Assembly (NCBI GenBank): GCA_018399715.1
Contig: JAGYNR010000004.1
Span: 1 to 49,739 of the forward strand
Direction: 5' to 3'
DNA: 49,739 nt
Source of the DNA: Desulfobacterales bacterium
GTDB lineage: Bacteria; Desulfobacterota; Desulfobacteria; Desulfobacterales; SKZT01
Each line of letters opens with the position of its first letter. The stretch's first letter is position 1. Shown one piece after another: positions 18,769 through 28,426 of the stretch. Made by a program: the position numbers and the translations under genes. The notes under the pieces were generated by a model, which made no database searches, had not been told where the DNA came from, and saw only the letters and a program-made list of their open reading frames with translations.

Positions 18769-19617
18769 TTAAGCGAGGAAGCGAACAATAAGAGTGGAAA
18801 AAACCGCCCACAAAAGTACTAAGATAGTCATAGCTGTACACAGATTTCCTATAATTTTGTGAATCAATCTTTCTGGAGTTTTTTCTTCATAGCTCAGCAT
18901 CATGCCCAAAAATGCACCGGCTATCAATCCTCCCCCATGGCCCCAATTATTAATGCCGGGAACTAATAAGCCAAAAATAAAAAGAGCGATTACCCAACCC
19001 CCCACCTGACGAAAGAGGGCGTGTCCATATATGCCCCCCCGGCTTCTGGCAAAATAAAGCGTTGCACCGATCAGGCTGCAGACCGCTGCTGATGCACCAA
19101 TTGTAAATGCTACACCGGCAACATAAGAGATTACAAAGCCATTAATGCCACCTAACGTGTAGATTGTTATCATTCTATTTAAACCAAATTCCCGTAACAC
19201 CAAAGGCGCAATTTGTTTAAATGCAAGCAGGTTAAAAAAAATATGCAGTATGCTTCCGTGAAGATAATTTGCTGACAACAGACTCCACCATCTTCCCATA
19301 CGATCAATGGGAAATGTTCCGGTTGCTCCCAAGAGCATGAGACTGTCATTTGATGGAGAAAGGAAAGATAACGGGTTCATGGGCATACCCATACGACGTG
19401 GATACAGAAGAAGAGAAAACACATATATGCCAATGTTTATCCCGATGATGAGGTTGATAAATAAATCAGGATTTTTGATGAAAGCGGTTAATGGGCCGTT
19501 TTTCCATTTGGAAGTAGGGTTTTTAAGACCACAGTGAGGACATTCGGTTTCGGACCGGCTGATTAGTTTTCCACAATTAGGACACAGCATAGCCCCTTTG
19601 CTTTGTTTCGTCATCAA
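18769..19617 (-). CDS. Rhomboid intramembrane serine protease with N-terminal zinc ribbon
   Basis: CPNC/CPHC; H..HIFFN, GASA catalytic Ser, GHGGG catalytic His. Confidence 0.9.
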   Translation of the reverse strand: MMTKQSKGAMLCPNCGKLISRSETECPHCGLKNPTSKWKNGPLTAFIKNPDLFINLIIGINIGIYVFSLLLYPRRMGMPMNPLSFLSPSNDSLMLLGATGTFPIDRMGRWWSLLSANYLHGSILHIFFNLLAFKQIAPLVLREFGLNRMITIYTLGGINGFVISYVAGVAFTIGASAAVCSLIGATLYFARSRGGIYGHALFRQVGGWVIALFIFGLLVPGINNWGHGGGLIAGAFLGMMLSYEEKTPERLIHKIIGNLCTAMTILVLLWAVFSTLIVRFLA

Positions 19618-19653
19618 GTGATTGAATATCCTTTTTTTGTGATCAATGATGAA

Positions 19654-20061
19654 TTATTTGATTAAAAGAGCAGCTTTTGCTTTTTGGAGCCGTTTTTGAA
19701 CATGTTCGGGGTCCCGAATATTGATAAGGTTCATCATTTGCCGGGCTGTTTCCGATGGCGATTCCCGCCGGCTTTTTAGTTTGATTTTGTACCATAGGGG
19801 AATTTTTTCGTTAAAACTTTGAACAAGATCGCTGAGACTTTTACGTGTGTTTTTAAATCTTTTTTGACTTATTTTGTTTGGATCCCATTTGTTGTTTTGT
19901 ATAGTTTTCTCGTAGCTCAAAATATCTTTGCAAATGTTTGACTTAAGACGTCGATAGTGACGAATAGGAAAAATCCAGTATTTTATCATAATAAATCCTA
20001 TTCCACCGGTCACAAATCCAAACAAGGCACCTGCAATGATAAGCTTCACGTTGGCTTCCAT
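19654..20061 (-). CDS. Hypothetical membrane-anchored protein
   Basis: 135-aa ORF with one N-terminal TM. Confidence 0.6.
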   Translation of the reverse strand: MEANVKLIIAGALFGFVTGGIGFIMIKYWIFPIRHYRRLKSNICKDILSYEKTIQNNKWDPNKISQKRFKNTRKSLSDLVQSFNEKIPLWYKIKLKSRRESPSETARQMMNLINIRDPEHVQKRLQKAKAALLIK

Positions 20062-20136
20062 ATTACCATAAATTAATTATAATCTTAATCTTGTTCAGTA
20101 TCAGGTGCCTGAATCCTAAACGGATCTTTAATGTTG

Positions 20137-20179
20137 AAAAAAAGCGGCCGATTCCAATCAATAAAAGGCATCGGCTCGC
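20137..20179 (-). terminator. Putative intrinsic terminator
   Basis: Minus strand GCGAGCCGAT...ATCGGCCGC stem followed by T7, downstream of 20226-20687. Confidence 0.45.
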
Positions 20180-20225
20180 ATAACAAAAACCAACCAGTTG
20201 TTTTTTCAGTCTGCGTTAGTTTGAT

Positions 20226-20687
20226 TTAGGAAACCAGTCCAAAAGGGTTACCACAGACTTTCCACTTGCCATCTTCTTTAATCAGTTCCAATTCTTCATG
20301 TACCTCATAGGTTTCACCTGTGAAAAAAGACCGGATTGGAAATTTTCGGGTAGCTTTTAGTTCTGCTGTGGCGCTATTGTTATCCTTTTGTTCAATATTG
20401 ACGACTACATGAGCCAGTTTGCTTTTCAAATAGCCCAAATTAAATCCCCGGAGACGGGCTTCCTCTTTCTTGCTCCATACATAATCTTCTACTGGATTGA
20501 TGTGATTTGATTCCATAATTTCATTGCACAATCGATTGCTCATGGCCGGGTCGATTTTAAAGTAGGCGGTTGAAAATTCTGCTACTGCTTTATAAGGGCT
20601 GTCCTGAGTGTCAGCGATTACTAATGCGATTTGCACAACAACACCCAGAAAAACAACTGCTGCTAGGGTTGCAACTCTTTTCATCAT
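20226..20687 (-). CDS. Hypothetical exported protein (possible NTF2-like fold)
   Basis: N-terminal signal/TM, LIKEDGKWKV ending; GGAGG RBS. Confidence 0.65.
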   Translation of the reverse strand: MMKRVATLAAVVFLGVVVQIALVIADTQDSPYKAVAEFSTAYFKIDPAMSNRLCNEIMESNHINPVEDYVWSKKEEARLRGFNLGYLKSKLAHVVVNIEQKDNNSATAELKATRKFPIRSFFTGETYEVHEELELIKEDGKWKVCGNPFGLVS

Positions 20688-20888
20688 GAATCCATCCTCC
20701 TTATGGTCAAATTTTTTCTTTTTTTTGTTTAGATAACATGGAATATTTATGATGACAAGAAAATTTCATAGATAGGAACAAAATTGAATTAAATTTTTAA
20801 TTTATGATAAAAGATTCTTGATATTGTCCGACAGCAGAAAAACCTTTACAATCAAAAGACGTATCGTTATAGGAGTTGACTTGAACAT

Positions 20889-22211
20889 ATGGATACAACA
20901 GAGCTTAAGTTAAACACGGAGGAGAAAACAGGCATGAACGATTCTGGTTCCTGGGACTGGAAAGTTGATAAACGCCTTGTAGCGAACATCAGTCACTGGA
21001 AAGAGCAGTTCGGATACATGGAGGAGTTGTATGTCAGCCCCAACGGCGAACGGATCGCTGCAGTAGTGAAATCCGATGATATGAAGTTTTCGGTTTGTGA
21101 AAACGGAAAGGTCTGGGACAAAACCTTCGATAAGGTTTGGTATTTGCAGTTTGGTCCTGATAACAGGCTGACCTGTTTGGTTTCAGACATGGGAGCCTGG
21201 ACCATTGCTATCGATGGTGAGCCATGGGAAAAGCGTTTTGATTTTATATGGAACACCCAATTTTCTGAAAATGGTAAAGACATTGCGGTTTCAGCTCAGA
21301 CTGAAATGGAATATTTTGCGGTACTCAACGGGATCGAGTGGGAAAAGAAGTATTCTGTAATGACCAATATGGTGATGAGTCAGGATGGAGCTCATACAGC
21401 AGCGGTGGTACAGACAATTCCGGTAGGGGCGGCAGATATTTTTAAATTTCGTGAAGGATGTTTCAGTGTTGCTGTTGACGGCAATCCCTGGGATATTAAT
21501 TTTGTTAATGTCTGGGAAATCAATTTTAGCAAAGATGGTGCCCATGCTGTGGCTGAAGTCCGGACGACCATATATGATTATACGGTGGCTGTCGATGGCC
21601 GGTTGTGGAATCAGACATTTCCGGCGGTTTGGAAGCCGAGATTTTCTCCGGTGAACAACTCAGTGACGGCTCCGGTAAGAAAGGGCGACTCCTGGATGCT
21701 TTTCAAGGATGGACGACAATTTTGGGATCAACATTTTTCTCAGCTTTGGGATCATCTTTATAGTAATGATGGAAACCATATTGCAGCTATTGTTGCTCCT
21801 AAATTCGGGCGCTGGACAATTGCTGTTGATGGCAGGCCATGGTCTCTGACCTTTGGAGATTTGGTCACTGATATGGTGATCAGCCCTGATGGCAAAAAAG
21901 TAGCTTGTGTAGGTAAGGAGAAGGATTTTTGGTCCGTTGTTGTAGACGGCCGTGCATGGTCTGAGGCATATGATATGGTCTGGAAGCCGGTTTTCAGTCC
22001 TGATAGTCAGCATATCGCTGTAAAGGTAGAAAAAAGGGGTTACTTTTATTTGTTAGTTGACGGCAAGACTATGGAAGGTGAGTTTAAGGTTTTGTTTAAC
22101 CCTGTTTTCAGTCCGGACAGCCAAAAAATACTGGTCAAGGGAATAACTGGTAACCCGGATGAAGAAAACTATTACCGGCAAGTTATTCGGCTATCCGATA
22201 TTCCGGGCTGA
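20889..22211 (+). CDS. tmcD: Tmc complex subunit TmcD (Trp-rich repeat protein)
   Basis: Repeated W..AVDG..W..FD.VW.P.FSPD units; first gene of tmcDCBA. Confidence 0.85.
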   Translation: MDTTELKLNTEEKTGMNDSGSWDWKVDKRLVANISHWKEQFGYMEELYVSPNGERIAAVVKSDDMKFSVCENGKVWDKTFDKVWYLQFGPDNRLTCLVSDMGAWTIAIDGEPWEKRFDFIWNTQFSENGKDIAVSAQTEMEYFAVLNGIEWEKKYSVMTNMVMSQDGAHTAAVVQTIPVGAADIFKFREGCFSVAVDGNPWDINFVNVWEINFSKDGAHAVAEVRTTIYDYTVAVDGRLWNQTFPAVWKPRFSPVNNSVTAPVRKGDSWMLFKDGRQFWDQHFSQLWDHLYSNDGNHIAAIVAPKFGRWTIAVDGRPWSLTFGDLVTDMVISPDGKKVACVGKEKDFWSVVVDGRAWSEAYDMVWKPVFSPDSQHIAVKVEKRGYFYLLVDGKTMEGEFKVLFNPVFSPDSQKILVKGITGNPDEENYYRQVIRLSDIPG

Positions 22212-22224
22212 AAGGAAAAAAACC

Positions 22225-22884
22225 ATGCATGAAATCTATAAATTCGTTAGCGGCCCGTTGGTATGGCTGGCGTTTATTATATTTGTGGGGGGGAGTCTAT
22301 ACCGTCTTATCTCCATGGCAATCTTAGCTAAGAAAAAAGATGGTCTAGTATATGAATATTTTAGTTTGAAGTATGCCTTCAGGTCAATTTATCACTGGCT
22401 TATTCCGTTTTGTTCCCGGAATTCACAGCAGCATCCATGGTTGACCCTTGTCACTTTTGCGTTTCACGTTTCTCTCATTTTTACGCCCCTTTTTCTCTTA
22501 GCACATATTATATTGATTAAAGAATCCTGGGATATCAGTTGGTGGTTTTTACCCGAAGGCATGGCGGATTTTTTGACAATAGTTGTCATCGCGGGATGTG
22601 TTTTTTTGGGCATACGACGGATCGTTCGACCAGAGGTAAGATACTTGACGAATACTTCGGATTTTATAATTCTGGCGTTGGTGGGGCTTCCTTTTATTAC
22701 AGGGTTTTGGTCTTTTCATCAATGGCCGGGATCTACATTTATGGGGATCCTTCACATATTCTCCGGAGAGGTCTTGCTGGTGATGATACCTTTTACGAGG
22801 TTAAGCCATATGATTTTTTTCCCTTTTACCCGGGGATATATAGGCTCAGAATTCGGTGCCGTAAGAAATGTAAAGGACTGGTAA
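22225..22884 (+). CDS. tmcC: Tmc complex membrane cytochrome b subunit
   Basis: NarI-like multi-TM protein, FAFH, HIFSGE, IPFTRLSH; ATG 22225 after AAGGA. Confidence 0.88.
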   Translation: MHEIYKFVSGPLVWLAFIIFVGGSLYRLISMAILAKKKDGLVYEYFSLKYAFRSIYHWLIPFCSRNSQQHPWLTLVTFAFHVSLIFTPLFLLAHIILIKESWDISWWFLPEGMADFLTIVVIAGCVFLGIRRIVRPEVRYLTNTSDFIILALVGLPFITGFWSFHQWPGSTFMGILHIFSGEVLLVMIPFTRLSHMIFFPFTRGYIGSEFGAVRNVKDW

Positions 22885-22949
22885 ATAAAAAAACAGTTTT
22901 GCTAAATGAAAAAGATTCCAATGGCTGTTAACGGAAGGAAAAAATATAT

Positions 22950-24299
22950 ATGGCTGAATCTGCCGAAAAAATGAAAACAAGTAAAATAATCGACAAAGGA
23001 ATAGAAGAAGGAGCCGCTAACCTGAGCTCAAAGAAAATTGAAAAGGTAATTCATGATGTTCTCCAAAATGAGACAGGTGCCCGCCTTAAAACTTATGTGG
23101 AAACTTGTATTCATTGCGGACTTTGTAGTGATGCCTGTCATTTTTATTTGTCTCATGATAAAGATCCCCGCTATTCACCGGCTGGAAAAGTTAAGCAAAC
23201 GATCTGGAAAATATTGAAAGCAAAGGGCAAGGTCGATGCTGATTTTATCAAAAAAGCCTGCGAGATTGCATTTACAGAATGCAACTTGTGTCGTCGTTGT
23301 GCCATGTATTGTCCGTTCGGAATTGATGTTTCTTATTTAATCAGTATCGTGCGGCGAATTTGTTTTAAGCTGGGAGTCGTTCCGCAGTATATTGCCGACA
23401 CGGCTCACAGCCATGCATCGACCTTAAATCAGATGTGGGTGAAAGATGATGAATGGATCGACACGCTTTTCTGGCAGGAGGAAGAGGCTGCCGATGAAAT
23501 ACCCAACCTACGTATACCGGTCGAAAAACAGGGTGCAGATATCTTTTATTCCGTTATCGGACCGGAGCCAAAATTTCGGAGCCAGCTTATCTATCAGGCG
23601 GCTGTGATTATGAACACCGCGGGTGTTAACTGGACCATGCCGGCAACACCCGGTTGGGATAACAGCGATATGTGCATGTATATCGGTGAAAATGAAATGA
23701 TGGGCCGTTTAAAAAAAGCTTATTTTGATACGGCCATGCGTCTGAAAGTAAAAAGAATTGTGATGGGTGAGTGCGGACATGCCTTCAGAAGCATTTATGA
23801 TCAGGGTAACCGTTGGCTGGGCTGGAAAATGCCACCGATTCCGGTGATTCATGCGATTGAATTTTACTATGAATTATTAAAAGAGGGAAAGATCAGGGTG
23901 GCCAAAAAATATGAAAAGGGGGTGACCTTTCATGATCCCTGCAATATCGTACGTGGAAGGGGATTGCATGAAATGGCGCGGTATGTAACCAAGGCCTTTA
24001 CCAGAGAGTTTATTGAGATGCATCCCAACCGGGAACATAATTATTGCTGTTGTGCAGGCGGCGGTGTGATCAATTGCGGGCCTCCGTTTAAGAAAAAAAG
24101 AGTGGAAGGAGACCGTATAAAAGCCGAACAGCTTTTTGCGGCCAAGTCCCGTGGTGCGGAAACGATTATTGCCCCTTGTCATAATTGTCATGGCGGATTG
24201 GAGGATATTGTGCATCATTATGGATTAGGTATGGAGATCAAATTTTTGGGTGATATTATCTATGAATGCATGGAAAAGCCGGAGTCGATGGGGGAATAA
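22950..24299 (+). CDS. tmcB: Tmc complex Fe-S/CCG-domain subunit
   Basis: CIHCGLCSDAC, CNLCRRCAMYCP, ECGH, FHDPC, YCCCAGGG, PCHNC. Confidence 0.9.
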   Translation: MAESAEKMKTSKIIDKGIEEGAANLSSKKIEKVIHDVLQNETGARLKTYVETCIHCGLCSDACHFYLSHDKDPRYSPAGKVKQTIWKILKAKGKVDADFIKKACEIAFTECNLCRRCAMYCPFGIDVSYLISIVRRICFKLGVVPQYIADTAHSHASTLNQMWVKDDEWIDTLFWQEEEAADEIPNLRIPVEKQGADIFYSVIGPEPKFRSQLIYQAAVIMNTAGVNWTMPATPGWDNSDMCMYIGENEMMGRLKKAYFDTAMRLKVKRIVMGECGHAFRSIYDQGNRWLGWKMPPIPVIHAIEFYYELLKEGKIRVAKKYEKGVTFHDPCNIVRGRGLHEMARYVTKAFTREFIEMHPNREHNYCCCAGGGVINCGPPFKKKRVEGDRIKAEQLFAAKSRGAETIIAPCHNCHGGLEDIVHHYGLGMEIKFLGDIIYECMEKPESMGE

Positions 24300-24369
24300 A
24301 AATTGCGAAATCAAGAGAGTATTTTGTTTTCGATAGCTGAATAGTTTCATTCTGTGGAGAAAGATCCCG

Positions 24370-24765
24370 ATGAAGAAAAGACCTGTAAAATTAAGTGCCC
24401 CCATTATTTTTGGGCTTGTATTATGTTTGGTCATGACCGTTTTTGCTCAGGAAGATATTGTCGAGGTAGCCGATAGCATTTTCTCCGGCAAAAAGATACG
24501 ACCACCGGTACCCTTTCATCATGAAGCGCATAACGAAAAAGCAAAAATTTACGAATGTAATGTGTGTCATCATGTTTGGGAAGGCGGGAAAAAGCTTGAA
24601 TACGAAACCTCGGAAGAAATGGAGTGTTCCGAATGTCATTACGACACAACCGCTGCCGGATATCCTTTCGATGTAATTAAGGCTTACCATGATAACTGCA
24701 AGGGATGTCATCTTCAAAAAAAGGCCGGACCAATTCTGTGCAGTGAATGTCATGTAAAACAATAA
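24370..24765 (+). CDS. tmcA: Acidic tetraheme cytochrome c3
   Basis: Signal peptide, four CxxCH motifs (CNVCH, CSECH, CKGCH, CSECH). Confidence 0.9.
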   Translation: MKKRPVKLSAPIIFGLVLCLVMTVFAQEDIVEVADSIFSGKKIRPPVPFHHEAHNEKAKIYECNVCHHVWEGGKKLEYETSEEMECSECHYDTTAAGYPFDVIKAYHDNCKGCHLQKKAGPILCSECHVKQ

Positions 24766-24833
24766 TTTCAGCAGTATGCCGTACTGTTTTTTTTAAGTTT
24801 TTTGATACTTGCGATGGTGAAAAGAGGCCTCTT

Positions 24834-25184
24834 ATGGCAAAAAAGATATTGGTCATTGACGATGATCCTGTTATTGTCAAATATATAAAAAACATATTGG
24901 AAAATAATGGTTATGAAACCTGTTCTGCCGGCAACACTCATGAAGCGTTCGAACAAATTCAAAAAGAGAAACCTGATCTGATCACGCTTGATTTGGAAAT
25001 GCCGGAAGAATGGGGTCCCAGATTTTACAGAAAGATATCAAAAACGCCGGATTTGAAGGACATTCCCGTAATTGTCATCAGCGGTATGTCCGGAAAACAT
25101 GCCATCAAAAAGGCTGTGGCATATCTGGCGAAACCATTCGATCCGGATCAACTTCTTGCTACAGTTACAAAAACGATTGGGTGA
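24834..25184 (+). CDS. Single-domain response regulator (DVU0259-like)
   Basis: IDDD, TLDLEMPEEWGPRFYRK, KPF; adjacent to tmc as in other sulfate reducers. Confidence 0.85.
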   Translation: MAKKILVIDDDPVIVKYIKNILENNGYETCSAGNTHEAFEQIQKEKPDLITLDLEMPEEWGPRFYRKISKTPDLKDIPVIVISGMSGKHAIKKAVAYLAKPFDPDQLLATVTKTIG

Positions 25185-25239
25185 TATGGCAATAGCGACA
25201 GGAATCCATAACTTAATTGTATAGGGAGTACCGGCAGAT

Positions 25240-26304
25240 ATGGTTAACCGGAGATGGATGATTTATGGTGCTTACGGCTATACGGGGCAATTGGTTGCCC
25301 AAGAGGCTGTTTTGCGTGGCTTAAATCCGATTTTGGCCGGGAGAAATCATGAGAAATTAATAGCTTTGGCGAGCCGTCTTGGGTTATCCTGCCGATGTTT
25401 TGACTTGGAAGATATCGAAAACATAGCGTTAAATCTCGATGGGGTTTCTGTTCTGTTAAGCTGTGCCGGTCCATTTTGCTCAACTTGTGTTCCTTTGGTC
25501 AACGCCTGCCTGAAAAGCAGAGTTGATTACCTTGATATTACGGTAGAAATAGAAGTTTTCGAATATATGGCCAGCCTTGCGCCCAAAGCTGGAAAGTCCC
25601 GAGTTGTGGTATGTCCTGGCGTCGGTTTCGGCGTAATCCCTACCGATTGCCTGGCAGCTATTCTTAAAGAGGAACTGCCCAATGCTCAGCGTCTGGCATT
25701 AGCTTTTTCTTCCAACAGAGCAATAAGCCATGGCACTGCGAAAACGATCGTAGAATCCTTGAAGTACAAAGGACGAATTCGAAAAAACGGGTTGATTTCT
25801 ACATCGGCTATAGCCTCTAAAATAAGAAAAATCGATTTCGGCAATGAGGTCATTAACTCAGTCTCAATACCATGGGGTGATGTATCGACTGCGTTTTACA
25901 CAACTAACATTCCAGATATTGTTGTTTATTATCCTGTTCACAAGGGGATGCTTCTTTTGCTGAAACTTCTTAGAATCTTACGGTTTATTCTGGCATTGGA
26001 GATGGTTCAGATATTTTTAAAAAAGCAAATTCATAAACGCATTAAATGCCCAACATATGAAGAATTAAGAGCCAGCCGCACCCGTCTGTGGGGAGAAGTC
26101 TCGGATGAAAATGGAAATATGGTACAAGGCCGTTTTACGTGTTGTCATCCTTATTTATTTACTGCCAGAGCCTCTGTGGGAGTAGTGGAAAAACTTTTGA
26201 ATGTTGATATTATCCCCGGTTTTTATACGCCATCAAAACTAATGGGACCTCATTATGCAACAACAATTCCAGGAGTTACCAGGATTCGACTTCGCAGGTC
26301 ATGA
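25240..26304 (+). CDS. Saccharopine dehydrogenase-like NAD(P)-binding oxidoreductase
   Basis: YGAYGYTG, LAGRN, CAGPF, IPWGD motifs. Confidence 0.85.
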   Translation: MVNRRWMIYGAYGYTGQLVAQEAVLRGLNPILAGRNHEKLIALASRLGLSCRCFDLEDIENIALNLDGVSVLLSCAGPFCSTCVPLVNACLKSRVDYLDITVEIEVFEYMASLAPKAGKSRVVVCPGVGFGVIPTDCLAAILKEELPNAQRLALAFSSNRAISHGTAKTIVESLKYKGRIRKNGLISTSAIASKIRKIDFGNEVINSVSIPWGDVSTAFYTTNIPDIVVYYPVHKGMLLLLKLLRILRFILALEMVQIFLKKQIHKRIKCPTYEELRASRTRLWGEVSDENGNMVQGRFTCCHPYLFTARASVGVVEKLLNVDIIPGFYTPSKLMGPHYATTIPGVTRIRLRRS

Positions 26305-26336
26305 ACAGAATTGAAAAACCAACAGGATGACTAACC

Positions 26337-27491
26337 GTGACGATTTTTAGATCTGTATTCGAAAATCTGCCTTTTGCAGGGATAATATTTAATGACCGCG
26401 GTGTAATTATTGAAGCCAATTCAAAATTCTGCCGACTTTCTGGTTATGTAAAGCCCCGGGTTGTCGGAGCTGATTTGAAAGACTTTTTTCACCCGGATGA
26501 TTTTTCCGCCTACTTGAATCATTTGGAACTTCTTCGTAAAGGTGAGACCGAAAAGTATCGGACCCAAAGGTATCTTTTGTCCCAAAAGGGACAAAGCATT
26601 CGCGTCCTTGAATCAACGACTGTAATCAATAAAAATCAGATCGAAGGTTCCAATTTCGTTTCTATATTGGAAGAAAGCTCAGGTGCGGATTCAACCAAAA
26701 ATGTTTTTCCAGATAACTTCAACGAATCCATATGCTTTCAATTACAAAAATTGGAAACAGCCGGAAGTTTTGCCAGAGTCGTGACACATGATCTTAAAAA
26801 TCTCATGACGGTTGTAATCAGTTTTTCAGACATTCTGCTGACAGGTTTGGATGAAAAAGATTCCATGCGGGCTGATTTGATCAATATCAAAAAAGCAGGG
26901 AAACGGGCGGCCGACTTAACGAAAATGCTGTCAGTATTTGGTCAGAATCAGATTATAAAAATTTTAATTATTGACTTAAACAGTTTGATTCGTTGTAACG
27001 AAGAATTTATTCAAAAACTCATGGGCGAACGAGTGACAACGACCCTTTGCCTCAATCCGGATCTGTGGAGAATCAAAGCTGATTTTAGTCAAATGGAACT
27101 GGTATTGTTTAATTTGGTGATCAACGCCAAGGATGCCATGCCCGGAGGAGGAAAGCTTGAAATCAAAACTGAAAACATCACGAATAACGCCGATTCCAAG
27201 GGACATCCTGTAAAGCCCGGGGAGTATGTTAAATGGACCATCTCGGATACGGGGCACGGAATGGATCCAGATACCCTCTCCCAAATTTTCGAACCATTCT
27301 TTACAACGAAAATTGGCGGAAAAGGGACCGGTCTGGGTCTGACTATAACTTATAGCATTATCTCAAAAAACAAAGGATCGGTATCTGTCCAAAGTGAACC
27401 GGGTCGGGGTTCAATTTTTACCTTATTTCTTCCCCGCTCTTCAGGCATAGAAAGCGGCCAAAATAAACCTATAAATTTTATATCCGAGTAA
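26337..27491 (+). CDS. PAS sensor histidine kinase (no receiver)
   Basis: PAS (HPDD), H-box [35 protein letters not shown]. Confidence 0.85.
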   Translation: MTIFRSVFENLPFAGIIFNDRGVIIEANSKFCRLSGYVKPRVVGADLKDFFHPDDFSAYLNHLELLRKGETEKYRTQRYLLSQKGQSIRVLESTTVINKNQIEGSNFVSILEESSGADSTKNVFPDNFNESICFQLQKLETAGSFARVVTHDLKNLMTVVISFSDILLTGLDEKDSMRADLINIKKAGKRAADLTKMLSVFGQNQIIKILIIDLNSLIRCNEEFIQKLMGERVTTTLCLNPDLWRIKADFSQMELVLFNLVINAKDAMPGGGKLEIKTENITNNADSKGHPVKPGEYVKWTISDTGHGMDPDTLSQIFEPFFTTKIGGKGTGLGLTITYSIISKNKGSVSVQSEPGRGSIFTLFLPRSSGIESGQNKPINFISE

Positions 27492-27549
27492 TTGCCAAGT
27501 CATCTTTCCATACAATCAAAATTTGTCAATTATGTATAGACACGGCAAA

Positions 27550-27565
27550 TGGCATTGTATTTGCT
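27550..27565 (+). promoter_or_regulatory. Sigma54 (-24/-12) promoter of gas vesicle regulatory block
   Basis: TGGCATTGTATTTGCT, GG-N10-GC spacing, intergenic. Confidence 0.7.
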
Positions 27566-27660
27566 TTCGAATTATAGAAAAAAACAATGGGAGAAGATGA
27601 AAATGAAATTTGCTGGATATGTTGAATTAAAAATTAAAAAATCGATAAGGATAAAAAAAT

Positions 27661-27690
27661 ATGGAATCTATTCTATGGAAAAAATTCCAT
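27661..27690. promoter_or_regulatory. Tandem palindromic operator/enhancer boxes
   Basis: ATGGAATCTATTCTAT and ATGGAAAAAATTCCAT overlapping by AT; same motif at 36102-36152. Confidence 0.6.
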
Positions 27691-27719
27691 GTTTTTTCCA
27701 TAATTGAAAGAAAACATCT

Positions 27720-28352
27720 ATGACACAACATTCTTTCCATAAACACAAAAGAAGTCTTATTTATTTTCCCATCATCCATTCCTCCGAGGACCTTGGATTC
27801 CTGAAGGAAACCGTCAGAGAAGCCACGTTGAAACGAGGAGGACTTCAATCTCTGAAAAGAAAAGCCATGTTTATCGATCGTCTATGGACAGAGATTGAAC
27901 AAATCATTGAGAATATGAATTTGGATTTCAAAAATACAGTGATTTTTCAGGACGGTCTGCCGATTTGCGGCAACGAAGATAAAATAGTTGAGGATCTGGC
28001 TGGCGGCGGAAGCCGCAACCACAAGCTATTGCTGAAATTGAGACAAAAAGGAGCCATGTTAGCAGGTACTGAGTCGCCGGAGCTTTTGCTGGAAGAATAC
28101 GAGGCCATTAAAAAACATTTAAAACGAGATAACGCCATCGAGGATGTTTTCCAAAAAGACTGCAATTTTGCAGCCAATCTTCTTGAGCGGCGGGATCGTT
28201 TTATTGCCAAAAGAATTAACAGCCTACTGAAAAAAGTAAATAAAGGTCTTCTTTTTATGGGAATTTTTCACAATGTCGAAATGTATTTGCCTGAAGATAT
28301 CGAAACGGCGTATCCTTTTTTTCGTCCGATTTTAAAGTCCCCAACGAAATGA
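27720..28352 (+). CDS. Hypothetical protein of gas vesicle locus (position of Serratia GvpY)
   Basis: 210-aa ORF, PIIH, FQDGLPICG, GTESPELL, RDRFIAKRI, FMGIFH; GvpY equivalence by position only. Confidence 0.7.
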   Translation: MTQHSFHKHKRSLIYFPIIHSSEDLGFLKETVREATLKRGGLQSLKRKAMFIDRLWTEIEQIIENMNLDFKNTVIFQDGLPICGNEDKIVEDLAGGGSRNHKLLLKLRQKGAMLAGTESPELLLEEYEAIKKHLKRDNAIEDVFQKDCNFAANLLERRDRFIAKRINSLLKKVNKGLLFMGIFHNVEMYLPEDIETAYPFFRPILKSPTK

Positions 28353-28426
28353 ACTGCTAATGGTGAAATCTTTTTGTTAGGAACTCTTAGAAACGGATAA
28401 ACAGAGGAACAAACCATAAAAGAAAA

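Noticed and set aside
27587-27625. 12-codon ORF MGEDENEICWIC resembling the start of the GvrC-like receiver (EDESDMCWV)
   Set aside because: Too short to distinguish from chance; no clear RBS
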